DNA of 64,000 bases from Phoronis australis (taxonomy: Eukaryota > Animalia > Phoronida), in NCBI GenBank assembly GCA_002633005.1, contig NMRA01000220.1:228444-292443 (forward strand). The letters are read 5' to 3'. Of this stretch, positions 1-12,941 are shown piece after piece. The notes under the pieces were generated by a model. The model did not search any database, had not been told where the DNA came from, and saw only the letters and a program-made list of their open reading frames with translations. A program made the position numbers and the translations under genes. Position 1 is the stretch's first letter, and each line of letters starts with the position of its first letter.

Positions 1-399
1 CGACATGACAGATGAGGTAAAAACATTGCACGTCAATTCGCCTGAATATCAGGGTTGCGGCACCACAGTGTTTCCCTTAATCAAATCAAAACATATCTTA
101 GAGTAAAGAAACTAGTCACCTAAAGAAATCAGCTATAGAGCTGCTCTTTCAGCGGTGGATACATCTAAAATGCTTGGCTACTTCAGAAGTGTCGACGGAA
201 GCGCGTGCACAATTGATCTCTGGGGTTTTGCCGATGAGCCACGAAGACTCGAAACGCGTTGATTTTCATAACAGCAATTCACAATGCAAAAAATATATTT
301 TCAGAGTGAACCCCCCCTCATTTTTTCCAAGTTGGTTTACTCGGGGTTTACATACGCTGGCGGTACCGTTTTTGTTTTTCTGGAGACGTTTTTGTTTTG

Positions 400-541
400 T
401 TTTGTTTTTTAATTTTTGGGTCCTGGCCCGAGGGGGGGGGTTTAAACCCCCTGAAGCCCCCCCGTAGATCCGCCACTGGCTGGACCTTTTCCACGGGGGG
501 GGGTTCGTTCGAACCCCTCGAACCCACTTGGCTACGGGCCT
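400..541. mobile_element. Right ends of nested non-autonomous DNA transposons (hAT-like MITE termini)
   Basis: GATCCGCCACTG (467-478) and GGCTACGGGCCT (530-541) are reverse complements of CAGTGGCGGATC / AGGCCCGTAGCC-type termini, with G/C-run subterminal motifs. Homology to the paralogous intron (49488 onward) resumes just after 541. Confidence 0.5.
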
Positions 542-554
542 CATTGTGACTGGC

Positions 555-3500
555 CAGGGCCGTAGGAAGTGGGGGGGGGGCCGGGTGCCCTCCCAAAAAA
601 AATTGCAGGCGTCAAGGTTAAACCATAGCAACCGACATAGACCTGGGGCCGGGGACAGTCAAGAAAAGAAAGACTACGAACACGGATAAGATAAAAAGTT
701 CAAGAGAACATTTGACAACTCAGTATCAATGCATGGTTTTTAACCTTGAGGGCTCTAGCCAGGATAGTGTTGTTAGGGTCTCCGTTTTTGCTGCATACAT
801 GTAGATCGTCTAAACGCACTTGAAAACGTGCACTTTATCATTCATACATGTATTTCGAAAAATCGAGAAATTTCGTAAAGCGAAGCTTTTGCGGGGCATA
901 TTAATTCACTGGATTTTTAAAGTCAATCAGACAGTTTTGCAAATGCATTTATGCAAAAGAATATTTTTCAGAGGCCATTCTTTAGCAAAGGGTGAAGACA
1001 ACTGTCGCTCTGTTTTTTCGTGGTTTTTCTTTCTCTAAATTGTGTATCTCTTGAGAAAATTGATGGCCTGGCTCATACCATCAATTGCTGCTCGTTTCCT
1101 GACTTTGAAAATATAGACTGGGGCCCAGCTCTTGAAGAGGACCAATGATGACATTAAAGTGGCCACCCTTTTCGTTTTGTGATTGGCGAATTCTTAAGGG
1201 GCTCCTCACGAAGATAGGGTCCAATGTTGGAATCGATTATCTCTATTTCCTGTTTTTGGTGAAATAGCACAATCATGCTGAGGAAAGTCCCTTCTTGCTA
1301 GGTCACTCGACAATGGAATGAACTGTCACTTTTTTGAAGCTTAATGATGTGTAGCCTTTCATGCATCTTAGGTGTCCCATTTAAGACGGGACCCCCTCTC
1401 AGTGGGCGGTTCGGGTATCCCTCTACACATGTAAATTCGACACTGCCAAGTCGTCACGAGGGAAAATGAGATTCCAAATTCATGAAACCCCAAAAAAACG
1501 TGTACACCATAGCAATATCAAAACATTCGACTCAAACAACCAAAAATGTAAAAAACACAAAAGGATTGACCACCATCAAAAAGTTCGAATTTTGAAGAAC
1601 GTGAACATCGCTATTTGTGAATTACAGAAAAAGGCTACTTCCGATGGTTAGCTATAAATAATGTTATATTTTTCCGATAGTGTCCCAAGAATAGTATTTC
1701 TTTTGAAGGTCGTTACTAGGAACTGTTTGTAATGAATTCACAAATGTCGAAAAGACTGAGGGATACGATTTGTGATGACCATATACATGTCGAACGGGGG
1801 TACTCGAAATACTCGCAATAATAAACAAATATTTCAGCTGTTTTCTTTTTGGAGTTCAAGTTAAACTCGTGAACCGTTATAGGTACCTCCTAAATGAGCA
1901 AAAATACACCTTAATATGAATGCCCCATCTCCCATGTTCCCCGGGTTACCCCTCAAAAATCGGCGATCATGCCTATGGAAATTGCTTATAACATTCTGTT
2001 TTAGCAAACAAATTTGTTGGTTTCTGATTTACGTTTGTGTATCTACGAAAACCGACGGGTTAATAGATTATTTTGTTGGCAATTAGAAGGTAACATTTTA
2101 AGAAATGATGATGTTTCAGTGAATTAGTTGAAGTCTGAATATGGAAAAAAAATCAATAATCAGCTCCCAAATAGTAAAGTGCATTTGGACGCTTCTTGCC
2201 TTTAAAGTAACTCTCAAAGACTTTGATGTAATTTGGACAATTCTCGAAAATTTACTCACAATTCAAATCACAATAAATGCTTTGATTTTTTACTTCGATA
2301 CAAGATTTGTAAAAGGGGATCAAAAAGGAATTAAGTCATTAAATCGAGTTAAACGTATAGCTCATGGAGTCAATTGTTGGTTTCTGAATTACATGTTTAT
2401 GTATCTACGAAAATGAGCAGATTGACTGATGATTTTTTTACAATTAGAAGCTAATCTTCTAAGAAATGACAATGCTTCAACGAACTTAGTTGCAAGCAGA
2501 CATTGGGAAAATTCGATGTATCATCAGATCCCCAAATATAAGAGTACACTAAACGATTTGATTTGTTTATCTTAAAGAAGTCTCAAAGATATCGATGAAT
2601 GTCGGACAGCTCTACAAACTGTCCGAAAATTTTCTCACAATTCAAATGACAATAAACTGTTTATTGTCTTAGGAAATAGATTAGTGGGTTTAATTTCACA
2701 AATCGTAGATCGAAGAAGTTTAAGTACTTAAGTAAATAAAATTAAACTTATTTCTCATCAACTGGGAAAGGTTCTCGTTGCACTTCCTTGATGTTGTAAG
2801 TTTCCAGTAGTATTGCGCAATGAATTTTCTTCAAAACTGAATCATTTGCTTTCCCTTCTTGTGCATACTACTCACACGGAGCACGTCATGACTCCCACGA
2901 AAAAATAGGGTGTAACTATGCAGTGGGCCTGCGTAGAATTTCAGTAATCCACGGGAGACGAATTTGAACTCCAGGCGTTGAAAAGTGTACATTTTTGGGA
3001 CACACTCTGTATCATATCCCCCAGCCACAAGAAAGTGGACTACCGGTTGTGTTTCATCAAGGGACGTTGAAAGGGCCACAAAGGCACTCATACCAGGGAC
3101 CTCGGGACCTCAGCTTTCCAAAAATTCCTTCAAAGAATGGCCATGATAAAATGAAGTTTTCCCGAAACTTGATCATAATAAAACGAATATTGACCTTAGA
3201 GCCAGGAATAGGTACGAGCTAAGCTGCCCGTTTCAAGTGAATCATAGCTGAGCTTACCAGCGACTAGCTATACATGTAGTTTATCGAATCCACTGGCGAA
3301 ACCCAGCTACCCGTCAGTGCGCTGGCCCTAGATCCATTGTTACTCGCCGTGAAACTTTGTTGGTTCACGGTTACTCAAATCCTGATAGCTGCTTCTCAGG
3401 TATTACCCCCAACCCACCTATATATGGCGGAAGTGGGTGGTCGGTACAAACATGGTGACATCCAGAGAACGGGGGTGGGGGGGGGGGGTGTGGCGATAGG

Positions 3501-3570
3501 AAGGCGGTAGGTTGGCGAGGTCAAATTGGTTTGTGCCCACCCCAATAATTTTTACCTTCCTACGGGCCTG
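555..3570. mobile_element. 3.0-kb non-autonomous DNA transposon with CAGG TIRs and 5-bp TSD (hAT5-like)
   Basis: TIRs CAGGGCCGTAGGAAG / CTTCCTACGGGCCTG (1 mismatch), flanked by CTGGC on both sides. The empty site TGTGACTGGCCCAAT is present in the paralogous intron at about 49492. Confidence 0.85.
2015..2660 (+). repeat. Diverged direct repeat (about 360-bp unit, two copies) inside the 3-kb element
   Basis: TTGTTGGTTTCTGA...GTATCTACGAAAA...CAATTAGAAG...CTCAAAGA...CTCACAATTCAAAT recurs at about 2015 and about 2374. Confidence 0.7.
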
Positions 3571-4485
3571 CTGGCCCAATAGTGTACATCAAGTAAGCCT
3601 TATCGGGGTGCAAAGCTATTAAGATTTTACATTAAACATAAGTAAAAACAAAGCGATAGAGTACTACCCTCGTCAACACGCAAAGGAATGGAAAACGTTT
3701 GAAAATGCTATGCAAAATGTACATGTAATTAAACGACACAAGTGACTAACGCTTTGGGTAAAAGACCGTCCATATTTGAACCATATGATCCTCTTTCTGA
3801 CAACGTTAGCTGAACAACAATTTTATCTGACGTCCTTAAACCCTTTGAGGTGCAGGCGTTCTGTGATAACATGATGTCGAATATCTCTTGGTTTATTTAC
3901 ACTAATATTTAGCATATGTTCATTGGCACGACGTTCCTGGAGGTAATATTCGACCGTCCATTTCCCCAGCCATTTTGAGACGAACGAGTACGGGTATCAA
4001 ACCTCACCAGAAAAAAATGATAATCCTAGTGCCCACCATGAATGCACCATATACCCGTGTTCCTTAACGTAAGAATATCGTAACACGTCCGTAAGATTGC
4101 CAGAGACTGAAATGACCGTCGAAATGTCGTGCCAATGTAAACTGGCTATACTATAAGTTAGTGTAAATAGACAAGATTTAGACATGGTTCTAATACATGT
4201 ACTTCTATTTCTTTTGGGAATTGCTAATCGAACAATTATGTAGCAGGGATATAATGAGTTTTGGGGTAGACCTACTAATTTACGGTTCGGATCTTCCAAA
4301 CAAATTTAACGTCTGTCGCACACAGGCGCTATCTAGAGTTGAACAGTTGACTCCTGCACCATATTCACGATGGATTACCATTATAAGGTTTGCGCCTAAC
4401 ATAGACGGCGAAAGGGAGAAAAATTGTTTACATGTGTAAGAACAGTTTTCGATGGTATGTTGACGATCAGGTATCTAACTTCCAG

Positions 4486-4682
4486 GACAATTCTTCGGAG
4501 CCACCATTGTCATGCTTGGCCTATCAACTGCCATGACGGTTATAGTACTCCACATCCACTTCAAGGGTAGCGATGAGAAACGCGTTCCACGCTGGTTACA
4601 CAACTTTGTCCTTGTATTCTTAGCCAAAGCCATGTGTATGTATCATTCCGAGGACAAGTGCGCAGAGGAAAACACGCCACTG
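4486..4682 (+). CDS. nAChR alpha subunit, upstream paralogue, penultimate coding exon (TM3 and start of intracellular loop)
   Basis: ttccag|GA CAA TTC...CCA CTG|gtgagt, 197 nt, encoding (G)[51 protein letters not shown]. Near-identical to 50127-50323. Confidence 0.92.
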
Positions 4683-4813
4683 GTGAGTAGAGCTTACAAG
4701 AGGATTTTCTGGGTCTTATAATTTTTCCTGTTCCAAATTACGGGGAATACGTCTTTCTCGCCGCCCAATGGCTGGAATTTTCACTTAGTGTGAAGTAATC
4801 ACATTCCTACAAT

Positions 4814-6445
4814 GGGGCTATTCGGAGAATTCTCCTCGCGGTGTCGCTGCTGTACTAGTGGTGATTGAATTGCGCATGCGTGGCTGTCTGCATGTACATG
4901 TAAACAACTGGTAAAAGATGGAATTTCTATCAAAATACGTCGTCGCGCTAAGCCTTATTACTGCTAATTTCCCTGGTGCAAGTCTTCGACAGGTGGTTAC
5001 AAATTCCCAAAAGACCTAAGGTTACTATATTCGTGGACAATTGCGGTCAACAGGGTCAACTAACTGACAAAAAGTGTGTGGCTGCTGAAGCCCCGTGTGT
5101 GCTCTATATCTATGACTATGCAGTTCCATTCGGAGACTACACAACATTACTTGGTAAGTTTTTAGCAATCAGTTTCTATCAACATCGTTCGGTGATGTTA
5201 TCCCCACCAGTTACCCCACTGAATAACAGTTTTATTGAGTGGAACTAAGTGTTTCTTTTTGGAAACTCACCCGATGCCGGGTAGGCTAGCAGCACATATT
5301 CATATTGTCCNNNNNNNNNNNNNNNNNNNNNNNNNNNNNNNNNNNNNNNNNNNNNNNNNNNNNNNNNNNNNNNNNNNNNNNNNNNNNNNNNNNNNNNNNN
5401 NNNNNNNNNNNNNNNNNNNNNNNNNNNNNNNNNNNNNNNNNNNNNNNNNNNNNNNNNNNNNNNNNNNNNNNNNNNNNNNNNNNNNNNNNNNNNNNNNNNN
5501 NNNNNNNNNNNNNNNNNNNNNNNNNNNNNNNNNNNNNNNNNNNNNNNNNNNNNNNNNNNNNNNNNNNNNNNNNNNNNNNNNNNNNNNNNNNNNNNNNNNN
5601 NNNNNNNNNNNNNNNNNNNNNNNNNNNNNNNNNNNNNNNNNNNNNNNNNNNNNNNNNNNNNNNNNNNNNNNNNNNNNNNNNNNNNNNNNNNNNNNNNNNN
5701 NNNNNNNNNNNNNNNNNNNNNNNNNNNNNNNNNNNNNNNNNNNNNNNNNNNNNNNNNNNNNNNNNNNNNNNNNNNNNNNNNNNNNNNNNNNNNNNNNNNN
5801 NNNNNNNNNNNNNNNNNNNNNNNNNNNNNNNNNNNNNNNNNNNNNNNNNNNNNNNNNNNNNNNNNNNNNNNNNNNNNNNNNNNNNNNNNNNNNNNNNNNN
5901 NNNNNNNNNNNNNNNNNNNNNNNNNNNNNNNNNNNNNNNNNNNNNNNNNNNNNNNNNNNNNNNNNNNNNNNNNNNNNNNNNNNNNNNNNNNNNNNNNNNN
6001 NNNNNNNNNNNNNNNNNNNNNNNNNNNNNNNNNNNNNNNNNNNNNNNNNNNNNNNNNNNNNNNNNNNNNNNNNNNNNNNNNNNNNNNNNNNNNNNNNNNN
6101 NNNNNNNNNNNNNNNNNNNNNNNNNNNNNNNNNNNNNNNNNNNNNNNNNNNNNNNNNNNNNNNNNNNNNNNNNNNGCGAAGTCGACATCGGCGAGTGCCT
6201 CAGTTAACAGGCATCGGTAGAATAATCATGGAATAATCGTTAAAATAATCACAAACCTTACCTTTGTATGGGGTCGTGCTTACTTCCTCTCATAGAAGCA
6301 CCCTTTTACGCAATCTCAGATTCAGTTGGCACGGCTGCAAGCCATTTCACCATGTATTTAAAGGGCTCGCGAAATCGAGGCTGTTAATCTATCACCACTA
6401 GTACACGCACGCCCTCTAGTTATTGTAGATTTTCCGAATAGTCCC
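4814..6445. mobile_element. DNA transposon with GGG termini and AT TSD (ISL2EU-like), spanning an assembly gap
   Basis: TIRs GGGGCTATTCGGAGAATTCT / AGATTTTCCGAATAGTCCC with AT duplicated. The empty site CCTACAATTCATTG lies at about 50453 in the paralogue. Confidence 0.8.
5311..6175. other. Assembly gap (865 N)
   Basis: Run of N. The ORFs of X residues crossing it are artefacts. Confidence 1.
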
Positions 6446-6750
6446 ATTCATTGCGCGCATGCTGTTTCCGTCATCGTAAAATGGTCAACAGGAAAGATTA
6501 CTAGCAGAAAAACTTGATACAATGTAATGGATACATTCGTTGGTATGTTATCTTTGTGAGAAATGGCTGTTATAAGTTCATCTTTGACAAGAACATGTTC
6601 ACTAAGTGTGAAGCTACAACTCGACCAGCGAGTTTGATGAGAAATACACATACATGTACTCTCCAAGTCAGGTTGCCCAGATTTTCGACAAAGGGTTTGA
6701 TGGAAATCAAATTAATTTGACGCTTAACTGCCATCTTTAACACATTACAG

Positions 6751-7080
6751 ACAGGATTTGCGTCGACGTACAACACTCCAGAAAAGTCTAGAATAGAGAC
6801 CATGAAGTACACGAGTCAGCAGGACATTAACAACCACAGCATAAGTAAAACAACCGACGACATGACTGTTAATTACGAAATGCTGCTACGTGTGAGCAGC
6901 TTGGAGCAAGCAATAACCACGCGTTTGTATGAAGATGAGAAACAACAGAGTTTAGACAATGAATGGAGAAAAGTAGCGCGAGTCATTGACAGATTGTTCC
7001 TTGTATTGTTCTTTACCTTTACTTTAATAACATGGTTAATCATTCTGTTAAACAGGCCAAGTTCTACGTTTTTTAGTTAA
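6751..7080 (+). CDS. nAChR alpha subunit, upstream paralogue, last coding exon (MA helix, TM4, stop)
   Basis: ttacag|ACA GGA TTT..., encoding [30 protein letters not shown], the EW..VA.V.DR motif before TM4 of nAChRs. Ends TAA at 7080. Confidence 0.93.
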   Translation, partial: TGFASTYNTPEKSRIETMKYTSQQDINNHSISKTTDDMTVNYEMLLRVSSLEQAITTRLYEDEKQQSLDNEWRKVARVIDRLFLVLFFTFTLITWLIILLNRPSSTFFS

Positions 7081-10000
7081 GCTATTTTCGAATCTCTTAG
7101 GAAAAGGGACATTGATAGGAGAAGCTGTTTAAATGGAAAGATGGAGATCAGTCAGATGCCCATACGAAAATGTAACAGATTTATGTCTGCGTTGATTACG
7201 AACCCGCTTATTAATCGGTTAAATTACACTGAAAAATGTTTCAGACGCATGATCTCTTGGTGGAAGAGCCAGTGTAATCACAATTTGTTGTGAACTAGAA
7301 CTCCTTGTCATCCCACTTTATTCTGGCTGCTTAAACAAGCAATGCAGATTTTTCCAGACAGACCCACGTTGTCCCAAAACAAGTTACAGTGTGAACTAAA
7401 CAGGACACGGGGCAAATCGGGAACAACTTGCACTCAATGTCCGTGCATTGTAAACAGGGTATCAGTGGAAGGAACAACGAAGGATTGTTGAAAAGGAAAA
7501 CAATTTGTTCTCACACAATGTGCGAGGGGTGTTGTGTGTGCGTTTGCTACCGACGTGAAGGGACGTACTGGGAACAACTCCAACTAAATGGAGAAAGACG
7601 ACACCAATATAGTAAAAGGAATTCGCGTACAGCACTTATCAAATCTTAAATTTACGGGCTTACATAGAAGAAACAACAAGGCGTTGTAAAAGATGCTCAT
7701 CTGTTGGAATCAAATACTAGGAGGAGAATGTAGTTTACTGATACCTTTTGTGATTAAATGAACTTGCATGGGCAACAAAGCCTAGTCATGTGCACAAAGC
7801 AACTGAGGCACGTTTTATCAAAGATCGCTTGTGATGTAATACCCGAAACCAGTGTCCATAGGCTTCTTTAAAGTGCCGTTGTATGAAGATGTTCGTGCAA
7901 TGTGAATACGGAGCAGGTTTGTCTTTACCTGCAATGCTTAGTTCGCTTCAAAAGTACAGCCTCGCTTTCGCAGCCATGTGCTTACGACCGTGTTAGCTAC
8001 GGCTGGGCGTGCAAGTCGTTTGATGACTGAAAAGGCCCCCAAAGAAGACTAACGAGAAAGTTTATGTTAATCATCAGATTCATCACTGCACGCTCTCGTG
8101 TCTGGCAGTTCTTATTAAGACTATGGAGAGACTTCTTTACTTGTTAGTATCTAGGTGCGAGTAGTGTGTTCGTTGTGTGTACAGTGTATACGTATTATGT
8201 AGATTTTGCTAGGACAATCGTCAGAGGTCCGTTTGGTACATTTAATGTGAAAACTAACATGTTGCCAACAAACTGTGCCTTGGTCGTTTCACAATGTCTG
8301 TTATATGGTGAAACGAGGACATGTTCGGACACTTAATAATTGCGAGTTACGAGAGTCAAAACCCAGCCTTCCAGATTTGATCAGAAACCTCATCATTCCA
8401 ACTTGATGAATTCAAGAATGGGTTTAAAATTGAAATTCTCAATGCGTAATTCATCAACCATTCGATGGCAGACTTTTTTTTTAGAAATTTTGCATCTTAA
8501 ACACAAGACATAAAAACTTGACTTTCCTGACATACTGTCTTGGGAAAAAAGCCTTTGCTCATTGCCTTGCACTGTATGTCCAGACTTTCTAGTAATCATT
8601 TTTGATAGGAAAGAAATTCTTCAAGGTGCTGGAAAGAATTCATGAGCAGACTCAGGATGGTTGGTGGCTTGCCACTTATACCTGTTCACCATTATACTAA
8701 TCTTAGGTGTTGTGTCCACTTGTTGGTAAATATTAATGTACTCGTGCCTCCGATGAGGATATACATATATATGCGATAAATCAAAAAGCATGGCGGCATG
8801 GACAAGCAAAAATGATGAAAATACAACTGTATTCAAAGATTTGCGCATTTTTCTAACTTATTCAGAGTTCGGGCTCACGAAAATGAGCAAACTAGGTGCA
8901 CAGTCCTAATGGGCCCACCTGAAGAAATTGACACTGAGTTGCAACCATAGACAGCGTGAGCAGCTGGATGCTGCGCATAAAGGCTTTGTCACCGCGCCCC
9001 AGGTGGACGTTTCCTGAGTGCAAGCGTTTTTCTTCGACCAAGTGTTCTTTGTACGCTTCTCCATTAGCTTTGTTTTGTATCGTCGCGTTATCGTCGGTGT
9101 ACAACTGTAGACTCCCAGGTTAATGAGTAAAGGCCTTGCCTAAAGGTTGATAACAGTTGGCAAATCATGTCGCTGATAACATGTTGAAATGGCACTTTTG
9201 GTATCTGCAAAACACAAAATACATTGCCAATGTCGTCTCAAAGTTGGTGGAATTTTAAAACGAAGGGATCTTGCTCAGGCGATTCGATGCCATATGGTCC
9301 TAACACGGTGTCAATATTGTTCAAAACACAGCATTTCCCAGTTGATTTAGCGTGCTGAGTGCTGCCTTAACCAGCTCGCGCGGTAAGAAACAGAAATGGG
9401 AGCTCTCACAGATGAAAAACTATTACGGTTTATGTTTCCAGAACCAGGCATTCTTAGTCTGTTACCACGTCAAAAACAATCAGCTTTCATTTACACCAAC
9501 AACTCAGTCATTGCTATTATTTGTCTTTTGTACTCATCGGTTGGTGCATTTTGAAGCTTTGGCATCCATTGGGCCGGCAGCGGTTGTCTTAATACATATA
9601 CATGTTCGTGTATGTCTGTAGCTCAGCACTATCTCTATACGACTGTACTGGTGCACTGCAGAAACCGGGAAGTCTCAACAATGGAGGCTCCACATGCATA
9701 TGCGAGTTAAAAAATAATCCCTCGAAATCTTTATCATGAAATGTGACAGAATGAATTGGCCCGGGTTTGCCACATGCCCTGAAACCATTGACGGCGCGTT
9801 GGGAAACGGCAGTTCTGAAAATAAAAGCTTTTCCTGAGGTGCCAGCTACCTATTGAACGTTCATTATTTTGCCAGGAATGGTAACCATCCAATTGTCAGC
9901 TTCTGATCTTTTCAAAAACTTAAAGTGTGTTTTGTCGAGTGATCGTAACTTATGAGTGCAATCGTTATCTGCTTATGAATGCTGAGTAAATCAAGCACGG

Positions 10001-10205
10001 GATTAGACATTCCTTGTAAATTTGATAAAAGTGCCAAGTTAGTGTATTGTTAGTGCCCAAAGCTCTTCACGCGCTGGTGCCTACTTGCACAGTCTGGTCG
10101 TGACACAATTGGAAATACTACACCCAGTCTATTCCTGTCAAATCGTGCCTTAACTAAACGTGTGCTCAATGTTTACTCTTTCTGGAACGTTGGATAGACA
10201 TACAT

Positions 10206-10342
10206 CAGTGGCGGATTGGGGGGCACCTAAAATTCTCCCAGATTCCATTTGGCAGTTCGGAGGTGCGAATGTTTGACGGGAAAAATCATGGCTAATACTC
10301 TGTCCTGGCCCACCTCACTCAAAAGTCCTGGATTCGCCCCAG
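10206..10342. mobile_element. MITE with CAGTGGCGGAT termini and 5-bp TSD TACAT
   Basis: TACAT|CAGTGGCGGATT...GGATTCGCCCCAG|TACAT. Related in reverse orientation to 36062-36220; the paralogous copy is at about 54556-54698. Confidence 0.75.
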
Positions 10343-10616
10343 TACATCGTGTGTTAAAGTCTACAACAGTATAATCCAAAAAGTCGGCTCTGCAGTGCGT
10401 CTACCTGAATTTTAGCTCGATCTCCACGCGTTGAAATAAACCATATCGGAATCGACCGAATTTTAAAATATGTTTGTTTAATGTATGGTTAAAATTACAG
10501 TCCCTATGGCGTCGAAGACTTCTACAGTAGGCACTCCAAAACTACTTTACTCAAATCATCTTCAAAAAACTACTCAATACCACTCGCGGAAACCACTTTT
10601 CATTTACTCTGCATAA

Positions 10617-12612
10617 TAGCGGAGTTGCAACCGAATTGATTTAACGATTGCGCATGTCCGGAAATAAGGGTGCGCAAAGGCTATTGGGATTGATAAGGGT
10701 AAATGGAATGGCCGATTGGTTTGCATGACGTGTGATTTGTGTGCATTAAACTACGCTGATGTATGCAATTCTGCCGCTATTTGCCCTAATAAGCGCCCAT
10801 GCTCCAACAAGTGCCCCAACGCGATTTCAGACTTTGCTAAAGTAAGCGCCCAGTCCATGAACTACATGCGAAAAATGCCCTTACCTACAGTTCTAACGTC
10901 TCCAATTTATCAATTGAAAGATCCGACAGTCCTGAATTTGTAGACCACGAGCCTCACCGATATGTTCGTATACACTTCAAACTTACGCCGCGATTCAAAA
11001 AGAACGCAGAAGTTTTGCTGCTCTTGCGAGGGATGTGCCCCAGTACGCGGGTGTGGACTTTGAAAAGAGATGCAGCGTACTTGTCAGCGGCCTTGCATTG
11101 TTTCTTTCCGGTACAGATCTTCTCCGGCCTCAACAGGAATCCAAACTTCTTTGTACACGTGAAAACCGTGAATGGAAGACTAATAAAAAAATCGACCAGT
11201 GTTAGCACGCGGCCAAGAAGCGCGCGCTGCATAATGTACCGGCTGTCATCGAAGACATTTAGTCGGGAACTATCTGGTCATGAAACGGGTAACACAGCAT
11301 CGACAAATAAATATTGGCACTAATTTCCGAAAGTTTCTAATACAGTAAAAACGTTTGCATTATTTTTAAGAGAAATTATTTAACTAATCGTAATTGGTGT
11401 TTTTAAGGTCAAATTGACCCACTTCGCACCCTTACCCCCCAAATCTTCCGGAAAATAGGTGTTACACTACGGACACGCATCCACTCACCTGGCGACTCAA
11501 TGAGTGACATATCGGTCTTACCGAAAAAAATTCTCGAACGTTTTTAGCAGTTGAGGCCAGCAAGTGCTAAGCTAAATATTAAAACAGGCTCTGCTTGACT
11601 GCTTGACTTAATTTCTTTGGATACAATGCACACCTAGATCATTATATTACTCTGGAAAATAAACTCTGATGACAAGCACACGCACGCCTACTGTCACACA
11701 CACGCATGCAAACTTCAAAACAAACGTCACGTGACAACAACATGTGTGCTTCTCCAGAGATTTTTATCGTGTTGCGGGCTACAATCTAGTGCAGTTTTGG
11801 TCTTAATCTGTAGTTAATCCAGACTCCACAAGAACTTAAAAGTCTTAGAGACGCTATTTGGATAACTTGAGGAGGATTTCAGGTAATTTGTTGAGTCGAA
11901 GCTGTATTCTTATTCAAGAATTCAAGCCCTATAGACGATTGCGAGACCTGCAGCTACGCATTGTCGTCAGGATTTCGCCCTGGGACTTCAACACAATTTT
12001 ATGAAAATTGATCGTAATTTAACAACGAATTTTGATAGCAATGCACCACAATTTTGTAGAAAGTAAATAATAATATTCTGCACGCTTTATCCTAGCGTGC
12101 AATACATATAGTGTGCGTACGTTAAGTGAATTGACCCAGAACAGGTGATTGTGCAGAGGCATTATCCTCAAAATTGCTCATGTTGGCTTGGTTCTGGTCA
12201 AGCCAAAACAAGTTTTTTTTTCACTACCAACCGCCGTAGAGTATTTTGTTACTGTTTGTATGAAGGGAGATATTGTTGGGCAGTTTCCAAGATAAGTTTT
12301 CTTGCCGCCCTCAAAATGAGCGCTGCATACTTTATGCTACCACGTCGGAAAGAATTCACGAAGTAGGCCTTTGCTACCAGCTCTACCAATGTCTCTGACC
12401 CATGTTTAACGCAGTTTTTGATCCTTGGGAAACAGGTAGTAACTAATTTTTTTTTATCTCGCTAACTGGTATTATAGCATGCCAGGCACACAACACGTAT
12501 AACCTCCCTGTGGCCGGTTCGCCCCCACGCTTGCCGACCTACTTGTTTACCGGCTTAACCACAATGCAACATTCTGACCCATTTCCAATATGGCGGCGTT
12601 GCAACTCCTCTA
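10617..12612. mobile_element. 2.0-kb insertion with TAG...CTA TIRs and no target-site duplication
   Basis: TIRs TAGCGGAGTTGCAAC / GTTGCAACTCCTCTA. The flanks GCATAA and TTACCACG join exactly in the empty paralogous site (54955-54968). Confidence 0.8.
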
Positions 12613-12627
12613 TTACCACGAAACCTG

Positions 12628-12778
12628 GCGTGCGTTCAGTAGAGGCTTGGACCTATGCTAGGACCTAGCTAAAACCTAGTCAAAGTCACGTGTTCTCATT
12701 TGAAATGCACGGCAATATCTCATGTAATCTCGCGAAGTCTTGCTTTTTAGCGAGGTCCTAGTGTTACTGAACGGGAGC
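12628..12778. mobile_element. 151-bp MITE with CWG TSD (PIF/Harbinger-group-like)
   Basis: CTG|GCGTGCGTTCAGTA...TACTGAACGGGAGC|CTG. A second, closely similar copy is at 60411-60561. Confidence 0.8.
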
Positions 12779-12941
12779 CTGTTTGACCTTACGCCAGAAA
12801 ATGACTGACAGGTGTGATTGACCAATCAGAATGCTGCATTCCGGACACTCATCCAGACAGCATTTCAAGTCGCCATTTGTCCGACAACTAAACATTAGCG
12901 TCTGTAGGACAAAACACGTTCAACTACAGTGTGCATTTTAA

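Larger units (their letters stand above)
3571..12790 (+). repeat. Segmental duplication copy 1 (nAChR 3' exons plus 3' flank), paralogous to about 49488-54985
   Basis: Colinear similarity of roughly 85-95% by eye through introns, exons and about 3.5 kb of 3' flank, interrupted by copy-specific insertions. Confidence 0.92.

Noticed and set aside
4027-4307. 281-bp block absent from the paralogous intron
   Set aside because: No TIRs or TSD seen; most simply a deletion in the other copy.
5235-6236. 300-333 aa ORFs
   Set aside because: Artefacts of translating the N gap.
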